A stretch of DNA of 36,317 nt, from assembly GCA_900128585.1 (NCBI GenBank), contig LT642197.1, positions 1 to 36,317 on the forward strand, read 5' to 3'. The DNA comes from Stramenopiles sp. TOSAG23-3. Taxonomy: Eukaryota. A program made the position numbers and the translations under genes. Every line of letters starts with the position of its first letter. The first letter of the stretch is position 1. The notes under the pieces are model-generated. The model saw nothing but the letters and a program-made list of their open reading frames with translations. It was not told the origin of the DNA and searched no databases. This document shows, in pieces, positions 1-8,596 of this stretch.

Positions 1-331
1 TATAACTAACCCAAAAAACAAAAAAAACAACAAAGCAATACCAAGGAATACCAAGGAACAAGACAGGAGATGAATGATGATCGATGAGATGGTGGAGGAT
101 TTTTTTCCTCGGTAGTTGTATTCATCGTATGATGATGTATTGAATTGACACCGCGCCGAAGAAAAGAAGAAGAAAGAAGAAGAACGACGAAGAACAAGTG
201 TCACCCCCGTACGTAAGATCCTATGAAGATAGGTCTACGATAACCGCTGCACTGCAAAGTTTACAGTTCCAAGTTTACAATTCCAACAGGGAGATTGTCA
301 AAGTGCAACGGAACCACAATCTTAGAGTTTT

Positions 332-1024
332 ATGAAGAAAAGATCAACGTTAGTGTTCCTCTCCCTGCTATTATATTTATCCGCGACGTTAGAAATTGCC
401 ATGGCTCACGGGCGAAGTGACGGTTTGAGAATGGGATACGACCCCTACAGCCCCGAGATGGTCGAGAAATATGGAGCCCCCGGCAAAACGGATAGCGAAG
501 GGTTCAACCCTTATGCGGATACAGTAGGGCCAGGAATTTATGGAGGAAGAGTGAAAAGGGATGAAGCGGGCGAAATAATTACTGGAAAACAATACCAAAA
601 TCACAACCGAAGGGATGGCCCTGTCTACGCTGGCGGCGGTTACACTCCCATGTCCAACGCACTTCGGCGAGGAAAGGCAGCACTGGAGCCCCTTCTAGAC
701 AAATTCCCAGATTTAGTGAATGAAATATCAACCGGCGGTGCAACCCCATTGCACATGTGCGGCATGGGGAGAGATAACCAACATTCTACATCTTACGTCA
801 TTGAACGGGGTGGCAACATAGAAGCTGTTGATACGTACGGATATCGCCCGATTCATCGGATGGCGTCGAATAATCTTTCGACAGGTGCAAGGGCGCTGCT
901 CGCCAGCGGGGCAGACATCTCCGCTGTAACACTGTACGATCGCCAAACTGCAATTTCCATTGCCCAGGCGGCCAGTGCAACCGATGTACTTGCCGTCTTA
1001 CTGGAATATAAACAATCCTTATAA
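332..1024 (+). CDS. Secreted ankyrin-repeat protein
   Basis: 230-aa ORF. Signal-peptide-like N-terminus (MKKRSTLVFLSLLLYLSATLEIAMA), a Gly/Tyr/Pro-rich segment, then ankyrin-like repeats (GATPLHMC, GYRPIHRMA, RQTAISIA). Confidence 0.8.
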   Translation: MKKRSTLVFLSLLLYLSATLEIAMAHGRSDGLRMGYDPYSPEMVEKYGAPGKTDSEGFNPYADTVGPGIYGGRVKRDEAGEIITGKQYQNHNRRDGPVYAGGGYTPMSNALRRGKAALEPLLDKFPDLVNEISTGGATPLHMCGMGRDNQHSTSYVIERGGNIEAVDTYGYRPIHRMASNNLSTGARALLASGADISAVTLYDRQTAISIAQAASATDVLAVLLEYKQSL

Positions 1025-1319
1025 GAGGGAGGCATACGAGGTCGTACGGGTAATTTATTTTTTTAGAAACCTGAAATTGTTGAACTCAATAAATTTGTTC
1101 CTTTTGATTTCAAGTTGTTAGCTGACACTTTAAAAAAAATCACTTTTTGTACTTCTTGTAAAACGAAAGGTTTTGAACGCACAGAAAAAAAGCGTAGTGT
1201 TGTACTCAAAATCTCCGGAAGGTGTAGTACATTTTTATAAAAGATTTGTAAACTCTATTAACAACCTTTTAGTCGCTTGTAATTTATTTGTGTTAAAAAA
1301 GAACCCTGCTAGGAGAGTC

Positions 1320-3497
1320 TTAAAAGTACCCACGCCTTGATTTATTCTTGGGTGGCATCCCAACACCGTTCCGGGACAGGCCTGAGTTCCATCGAAAGGA
1401 TCCGCCTGTTTTTTTACCCAACCCGTGGCTCGATGGAGGACCTCGAATTCCAAAGCCACCAATGAACCCGTGCGAACTTCGTGGCGCTCTGGCTACCCCC
1501 CGAATCCCGTGGCTACTACCAACCGCCATTCGGCCGTGGGAGCTGGGTGGGTTGCGCAGCCCATGGCTCGATGGGGGTCCATTCCGCAGCCCATGGCTCG
1601 ATGGGGGTCCATTCCGCAGCCCATGACTTGACGGGGGCCCTTTTGGCCCGAACGAATATTTGTGGCGGCCATTCTTCTGGGCGGCAGAGTTCTCGCCAAA
1701 TTTGAACTCGTTCCTACCGCCTGCGCGAAAAAGACCGCGCCCGGAAAGGCCGCCAAAGCGGGTGCCCAACAAGAACGACGTGGTCGCCTCTTTCACCCCC
1801 CGCTTGCGTGCAAAGGATCGGTCCTTTTTGACCGTCTGCCTTTGCCGCCTCATCTCGCCCCCCCCATCGTCCATTTTCAAGTTCGGAAATGCAACGTTGC
1901 GCGCAGCTTTTGGTGTCGATGCTCGTAGCCCAGGAAACACGTCCGCGTGCATTTTGGGATCAAGAGAGGGGTAGGGCTGTGGGGCGTGCGTATTGGACGA
2001 CGTGGCGCAGTTCGCGCCGGCGACGTCGAAATCGTAATCTTCGCTACTTTTCGCTTCTGCCCAGTCCTTGCGCCCTTCATCCTTGCCCTCCTTGACGTAC
2101 CTGGGGGGCGTCGTGACGCGCCGCACATTCGGCAGGTGCTGCTCTGCCATTTTGCCTTCGAACTCTTCCAGGCGCTCCAGGCTACGATCGCGCCCTCGCC
2201 TTTCTTTCTCCCGGCGCCTGTCCTCCCTGTCGTCCCTGTTTCTGCCGCGGCCCTTGCTCCGGCCACGGCGGCGACCCGCGCCGTCTTCGTTGTCGCCTTC
2301 CCTGCTTCGCTCTCGGCTCCTTTCCCGCTCTCGGCTCCTTTCCCGCTCTCGGCTCATTTCCCGCCTGTCCTCTCGGTCCCTGCCTCTGCCGCGCCCCTTG
2401 CTCCGGCCACGGCGGCGACCCCCGCCATTCTCGTCTTCCCCTTCCCTGCTCCGCTCTCGGCTCCTTTCCCGCTCTCGGCTCCTTTCCCGCCCCCGGCTCC
2501 GGTCGCGGCCTCTGTCCCGTTCCCTGGCCCGCCCTCGAGCCTTCTTCCGCTTTCGCTTCATGGCAAACTCGTTTTCGTCGGAGGCCAAACTATTCTTAAA
2601 CTCCTCGCTAAACTCGGAGGCGATTTTCTGAAAGTGGTCGCACTTCATCAGTTCGGTGCACGTCGCCCTGCGGTCGGGGTCATAATCCAAGCACAAGTTC
2701 ATCGCATGAAGTTGCTCTTTTTCCAAATCCGGAAATTTGCTCTCTAGGGTCTCTAAGTTGCCTTGGTCGACTTCGGGAATGTTTATCCCGACGAAGAGGG
2801 GGTTCTTGGAAAACAGTTTCATCTGCTGCTCCGTCAAGTGACCGAAGCAGCGAATGATATGGAACAGCTGGTCGACGTCCGACTCTCCCGGGAACAGCGG
2901 GAGGCCGTTCGTAATTTCAGCAAACATGCAGCCGATGGCCCAGACGTCGACGCCCTTGCCGTACGAGGTGTCCCCCACCAGCAGCTCCGGGCTTCGGTAC
3001 CACCTGGTCGACACGTAGTCCGTGTACCTCGCCCGGGGGCCGGCCAGCGTTCGGGCAAACCCAAAGTCGCACAGCTTTAAAATCCCACTCTTCGATATGA
3101 GGAGGTTCTCGGGTTTAATATCTCGGTGAATGACGTTATGGGCGTGGCAAAATTCGATGGCGCGGCAAAGCTGCCACATGATCTTCTTTACCTCGTCCTT
3201 TCCCAACCCGTCCGGGTTTCGTTCTAGGTCTTCTAAAATTGTCCGGTCCACGTACTCAAAGACTAAATATAGCTTCCCTTTCCGTCTAAAAACTTCGATC
3301 AGGTTGACTATGTTCTCGTGCTTTAGCTGTTTCAAAATCCTCACTTCACGCAACGCCGTCTTCCGCACCTGCTCGTCTTCATCGGACTCTTTGAACTTTT
3401 TGATCGCTACGATCTGCCCGGTTTCCTTGTGCCGACACTTTAAAACGACCCCGTACGTACCTTCCCCTATCGTCCCCAAGTTTTCATAATTCTCCAT
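1320..3497 (-). CDS. CDKL: Cyclin-dependent kinase-like (CDKL family, closest in motif to CDKL2/3) Ser/Thr kinase with a long low-complexity tail
   Basis: GEGTYG, VAIKKFKESD, HRDIKPEN, DFG and the TDY activation loop (YTDYVSTRWYRSPE). The C-terminal ~410 aa are RS/RE-rich and SSHG-repeat-rich. Confidence 0.93.
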   Translation of the reverse strand: MENYENLGTIGEGTYGVVLKCRHKETGQIVAIKKFKESDEDEQVRKTALREVRILKQLKHENIVNLIEVFRRKGKLYLVFEYVDRTILEDLERNPDGLGKDEVKKIMWQLCRAIEFCHAHNVIHRDIKPENLLISKSGILKLCDFGFARTLAGPRARYTDYVSTRWYRSPELLVGDTSYGKGVDVWAIGCMFAEITNGLPLFPGESDVDQLFHIIRCFGHLTEQQMKLFSKNPLFVGINIPEVDQGNLETLESKFPDLEKEQLHAMNLCLDYDPDRRATCTELMKCDHFQKIASEFSEEFKNSLASDENEFAMKRKRKKARGRARERDRGRDRSRGRERSRERERSRERSREGEDENGGGRRRGRSKGRGRGRDREDRREMSRERERSRERERSRERSREGDNEDGAGRRRGRSKGRGRNRDDREDRRREKERRGRDRSLERLEEFEGKMAEQHLPNVRRVTTPPRYVKEGKDEGRKDWAEAKSSEDYDFDVAGANCATSSNTHAPQPYPSLDPKMHADVFPGLRASTPKAARNVAFPNLKMDDGGGEMRRQRQTVKKDRSFARKRGVKEATTSFLLGTRFGGLSGRGLFRAGGRNEFKFGENSAAQKNGRHKYSFGPKGPPSSHGLRNGPPSSHGLRNGPPSSHGLRNPPSSHGRMAVGSSHGIRGVARAPRSSHGFIGGFGIRGPPSSHGLGKKTGGSFRWNSGLSRNGVGMPPKNKSRRGYF
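1552..1640. repeat. 30-bp coding tandem repeat (about 3 copies) in the CDKL tail
   Basis: gcagcccatggctcgatgggggtccattcc repeated; encodes NGPPSSHGLR on the minus strand. Confidence 0.9.
2242..2491. repeat. Internal duplication (period 144 bp) with nested 18-bp repeats in the CDKL tail
   Basis: ctgccgcg(g/c)cccttgctccggccacggcggcgaccc starts at 2242 and 2386. Nested cgctctcggctcctttcc units encode ERSRER. Confidence 0.85.
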
Positions 3498-5120
3498 GCT
3501 TGGCCCAACCGTTTAACACGAACGGTTTCTAACTATAATAAAGGCCAATTCAGCAACCCCCAACGAACGACAGACAACCTATAGAGACTAAAAAACAGAA
3601 AATCTAATCACCACAAACACTCAAGCGTTTTCCTTTTAACAAGAAAAAATCTGTAACAATGTGAAAGATCGAATCTGGTGATAGCCTAAATACCTAAACT
3701 TTAAACGGAATATCAAACGAATGAATTTAGTTTACTTGGTGTTCATCGTTCCTTGTTTATTAGCTATTTGTTGATGATCCGATCATTCTGTAGAGCAAGA
3801 TGAAATGATGGTTGTCACTTATTATTATTATTACTTCTTTATTATTCTTCTTCTTCTTCTTTTTAATTTTAATTAATAATTGAATTATTATAAAATTATT
3901 TCTCAAAAAAACAAGTTTATAATTTTACTAATTTTCATAAAATGTATCGTTTGTAAAATAATATTTGATTCCATTTTATATTATTAAACAATAATTACAA
4001 TAATGTAATTTATTATTAATATTCAAAATAAACAAAAACTGTTGGAAGGATGGATTGCAGCCGTTAATAATTAATTAAACAAAAAAAAATAATAATTAAA
4101 TAATAAAATCAAAAAAAAAATAATAATAATATTTTTATTATTTACAGTATTACTTATTATATCATCCATCGATCATCTTCTTCTTATTCAATAATAATGG
4201 ATCATCGAAAGTGGAGAGAGATAGAAGAAGAGAGAGAAACTAAGCTGGAATAGTATATATGCTATGTGTATATAAATAGGTATACTTTATCAAAAAGTGG
4301 TTTCTCTGGTCCAGCCTCCCTCCATCCAGCCTATCCCTAGCTAATCCTTCATTTTCAATAATTGAATAAGAATAGAATGGTTAATTAATAAATAACACAA
4401 TAAATTCGATGATTTTGTTCATGGTTTAAATAGATAAGATGTAGAAGATTTATACTAGTATATTATATAGTATTCTTTTAATATATAAATTTATATAATA
4501 TTTAAGTATATTTATAATAATTATTACCTATTAAAATGTAGTTGAAAGTGATCTTCCTTTTTATTTTCTATCGGTAAAATAGATATTAAAATTTAATGCT
4601 GTTATTATGTTAAATATAACTAAGATTGAAATAACAAAAGAAATTGAGAGACAGAAATTCAATTCCTTATTTTATTCCGTAGTGGGTGGGGATGAAGGTG
4701 TTTTTATAAATGAACAACGAGGAGAAGAAAAAAGAAGAAGAAAAAACAAAAGTAATAATAAGGAAATAAATATGTAGTAGCTAAAGGTATCAAATAATAT
4801 TCCATCACCACCGCACCCACCAATAATAAATAGTGCAAATATTACACAACAAAGAAGTGAAGAAGAAGTGAAGAAAGAAGAAAGAAGAAGGAGGGTTAAT
4901 ATATTATTATTATTATTTTTTATTAATAAAAAATATATATGGTTCATACTTATTAAGAATCTTCCTACACATGTAATTTCTTTTCTTTCTGATAGAATTC
5001 ACACCCACTCGTTCATACAGGCAATTACGAACCAAGCGCAAAGAGATAACTTGTACTATTCTCACTGTTTTTAGGCGGACCGACCGTTTAAATACCACCT
5101 AGCAAATTGTTAGTACTAGT

Positions 5121-5750
5121 ATGGCGTCTGTTGCCACCGTTGCGAGACGAGCTGTTGGAAAGATACGCCCGGAAAAGTCGGCGCTCCTTGTCTGCGATAT
5201 GCAGGAACGTTTCCGGTCTGTGATTAGTGGGTTTCCTAGTATTTTGGAGGTTACTTCGACTATGGTAAGTGCGTCGAGTCTGTTGAAGGTCCCCGTTGTC
5301 GTTACTGAACAATACCCAAAAGCGTTCGGTCACACCGTCCCAGAACTCGGAAAAGTCCTGCCAGACAACACGAAGATCTTTGAGAAGAAACTCTTCTCCA
5401 TGGTCACGCCAGAAACAGCGGAGGAGTTGAAAACTTTAGGCGTCGAATCGGCCATCCTCGTGGGAATAGAGACGCACGTATGCGTGCTTCAAACGACGCT
5501 GGACCTTCTTGAGATGGGAATAGACGTCCATATTATCTCCGACGGCGTGTCGTCGCAAAGACTTGGGGAACGGCAAATGGCCCTGGAACGTTTGCGACAG
5601 TCTGGCGCGTTCATCACGTCGTGTGAGAGCATGCTCTTTCAATTGATGCAAAGTGCTGGGCACGAGCATTTTCGCGCAATTTCAGGCATGGTGAAAGAGC
5701 AAGCGCAAAAAAGTGCCAAAGATTCCTTGCTGGGGACCAGTGCGCTTTAA
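5121..5750 (+). CDS. ISOC2: Isochorismatase domain-containing protein (ISOC1/ISOC2-like)
   Basis: LLVCDMQERFR, TEQYPKAFGHTV, KKLFSM and GIETHVCVLQT. The cysteine-hydrolase Asp/Lys/Cys residues are present. Confidence 0.9.
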   Translation: MASVATVARRAVGKIRPEKSALLVCDMQERFRSVISGFPSILEVTSTMVSASSLLKVPVVVTEQYPKAFGHTVPELGKVLPDNTKIFEKKLFSMVTPETAEELKTLGVESAILVGIETHVCVLQTTLDLLEMGIDVHIISDGVSSQRLGERQMALERLRQSGAFITSCESMLFQLMQSAGHEHFRAISGMVKEQAQKSAKDSLLGTSAL

Positions 5751-5959
5751 TTTATTCTTGTGTGTTAAGCTTCATGAAAAGTTCGTCGAATTTAGTACGA
5801 CGTACATGAAAGCGGTTTCCCCCCCTTTTTCTGAGATTAAAAAAAAAAGTTCCCTAAACTTTTACTCTTAAAGGTAAAGTACCGGCGGGGGTACGTAAAA
5901 TATGCAGTGTACCTTCGTAAGCGCCTACGTACCTTTTATTAATCTCGAACGCCATCCTC

Positions 5960-7729
5960 CTAGGACATCTCCCCCTCCACGCTGCAGGGCAACAGCGTTT
6001 TTACGGGTCTAGTATACCTTTGCATGAGGTCCTGAAATCGCACTCTATCAATGCCAGTCTTTCCTTCCCCCCCGTAGTACGACGAAATGTCAAACGCATC
6101 GTTCGAACGGTTCATATTGACTTGCCCACACTTTATCTTCTCGGCGCACTGCAAGAAAAAATCCTTGTTTTCGGTGAACACACTGCACGAAAATCCAAAC
6201 TGACTCCCATTGATGGCCGCAATGATCTCTGCCAGATCGTTTGGAGCCTTAGGCATCCTACCGGAACTTTGTTCGGCCGCTCTGGACCCCAATGCGTTTC
6301 TCTCGCCGAACGGAGCAATGTGAAGAATAGGTGCCTGCAAATCGTTGTCCAGAACAGCCTTGTAATTTATTCGGGGGGCTTCCATTACCGTTGGCTGGAC
6401 GAAATTCCCAAAGATGAGATCCCCGCCACACAGCAGCGTCGAACCATCCTTTTGAAAATCTTTCACCCCGTTTTCGAACGCGTTCAACCCGGCGTCATGC
6501 CGAACGGGGCCCACGTTGGTTTTGAAATCCAGCGGGTCTCCCACGTGCAGTTTGGTCTGGTAAAATTTGATCAGCCGGTCCCTGAACTTGTCAAACAGTG
6601 AGCGGTGAACGTACACAAGCCTTGTATTCGTCCACCGCTGCCCCGCACCCTTCGTCGCGCACAGGGCTATTTTTTCGACGGCTCCACTGGCCTCTAGGTC
6701 ACAGTCGCCGTTCACGATGGCGCAATTGTTCGTGCCCGTGGCCAAGTACAGCCGTTTGAAGCGCTTGCCCATGTACCAGCGCATCATCTCCCCCATTCTG
6801 CACCCGCCAGTGGCTTCCCAAACGCTCACCCGGTCGTCTTTCAAGACCATCTCTATCATGTGCCAATCCTCCTGGGCGAACGCGCCCACGATGTACTCTA
6901 ACGATCTATGCAACATCAAACTTTCCACCGAATGACCCTTTTCCTGTTTCTGCAATCTTTTCTGAAAGGAGATGACCGCCCTGTTTATAATCCTCACCAA
7001 AGCGAACGTGGCAAGGGTTGCGTCCATGTGCGGCTTCACGATGCAAGTGCAGCCTGCCGCCAGGGCCGGAAAAACCCCCAGGGCGAACGAAGTGAACGGA
7101 CTGTCGAATGGGGTGATCTTCCCCATGACTCCCAGCGGGATGTGCCGCACTTCCCGGGTCCAACCGTGCAACTTCTCCCCATAACGAAAGTCGTAATGCT
7201 CGGAACGGTACGGCATTGTCCCGCCCGTATCATCCGCCAGTTTGTTGACCATCTCTATGATATCGACCATTCTCATGATTTCTTCCTTGGCTTCATGGAT
7301 CGTCATTCCAACTTCGATCGATAAAATCATCGTCAGCGGCGAGACAAACCCCATGATCTCCTGGAATATCGCGTGTAAGATCTCCATTCGTTTGAAACCC
7401 TTTAGCTGGGACCATACCTTCTGAGCTTCGTGAGATTTCCCAACAAGCTCTCTTACTTCAGTCTCCGGGCGCGCATCCTCAAGCCGCACGATGCTGTCGG
7501 CCGTTGAAATGTCCGCACGAGTCATAGGCAGCTTTACAAGAAATGGCCGAGAGGGAGGGGGTTGAGTCGATGGGTGAATAGTACTTAAATTGAACCCCAA
7601 CTTTGCCAATGTTTCGTGGACAATGTCCCCCCGATTCTTGACAAGCTTTATCGGCCCAAAGTGCTGTTCCGTCGACATGCTATCCAGCAATTCGTTCAAA
7701 CGGCTCTGAGATGCTGCCGAAAATTCCAT
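5960..7729 (-). CDS. Aldehyde dehydrogenase-fold protein (ALDH7-like), probably catalytically inactive
   Basis: ALDH landmarks PLGVMGKITPF, ALAAGCTCIVKP, GDPLDFKTNVGP, GNFVQPTV, APIL, FGFSCSVFT and YGGEGKTG. The catalytic positions are substituted (GQRW; LYLATG). The first in-frame ATG is at 7729; the ORF-track start at 7840 is a TTG. Confidence 0.85.
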   Translation of the reverse strand: MEFSAASQSRLNELLDSMSTEQHFGPIKLVKNRGDIVHETLAKLGFNLSTIHPSTQPPPSRPFLVKLPMTRADISTADSIVRLEDARPETEVRELVGKSHEAQKVWSQLKGFKRMEILHAIFQEIMGFVSPLTMILSIEVGMTIHEAKEEIMRMVDIIEMVNKLADDTGGTMPYRSEHYDFRYGEKLHGWTREVRHIPLGVMGKITPFDSPFTSFALGVFPALAAGCTCIVKPHMDATLATFALVRIINRAVISFQKRLQKQEKGHSVESLMLHRSLEYIVGAFAQEDWHMIEMVLKDDRVSVWEATGGCRMGEMMRWYMGKRFKRLYLATGTNNCAIVNGDCDLEASGAVEKIALCATKGAGQRWTNTRLVYVHRSLFDKFRDRLIKFYQTKLHVGDPLDFKTNVGPVRHDAGLNAFENGVKDFQKDGSTLLCGGDLIFGNFVQPTVMEAPRINYKAVLDNDLQAPILHIAPFGERNALGSRAAEQSSGRMPKAPNDLAEIIAAINGSQFGFSCSVFTENKDFFLQCAEKIKCGQVNMNRSNDAFDISSYYGGEGKTGIDRVRFQDLMQRYTRPVKTLLPCSVEGEMS

Positions 7730-8596
7730 GGTTGCAAGAAATGCTTTGGTAAACCGGAGAGATGCCTTGAAAGTGAGAATGAATGCACGCGGCGAAGAGG
7801 AAATAAAACAGTATGAAAGAGGGAAAACATGAAGTAGCAAAAGAGAGAATCATTGGTAACAATACAGTAAAGATACAGTATAATAATTATATTATTATCA
7901 TTATGAGTGAATTTGAATTTTGAATAAAATCTTTTTCTTCATTTTTTCTTTTTTTTTTTTTACCCGCCCTCTATAACCCTAATATACAACACTAACCCAA
8001 TTGATTCGTCAGAGTCTAAGAATGGATGACATCATCAAGAATTATTTATTTAATTAAAAATAATTAAAATACATCAAAAAAGACAATACTGTTTCCTGTA
8101 TCCTGTATTACAGTATTATTTTAATTTAAAGTGGGTTGGATTAGTTAGTTGTTGGGTATGAGAGATAATAAAGGTAATAACCATTATACTATTTCTATTT
8201 AAATTGTATTAAACTATTTATAGTATTTATATTTATAATGGAAGAAAGAAGAAGAAACCAATTTTTTTTTATTTAATTATTAAATATAAAATAATAACTC
8301 TTCGTATTAGTATGTTATTTAAAGAGTGTTTTGTGTTTATAAATAATAATAATATAACGACTAATTAATAAGAAGATAAGAATAACTAACACCCCCCCCA
8401 TCCATCATTTAAAAAAGAAAATTATTATTATTATTATAGAGTATATTATGTATGTACCATTTAATAATGTGTGTGAGTGAAGAAAGAAAGAAAGATCCAA
8501 AGGAGTACCCTTAATGAGGATAAAACATTTACATGTGAATTGTGCACCCATTGTGATTTAACACAGGGTTCGGAAACAAAAAAAGTATAACGTAAA

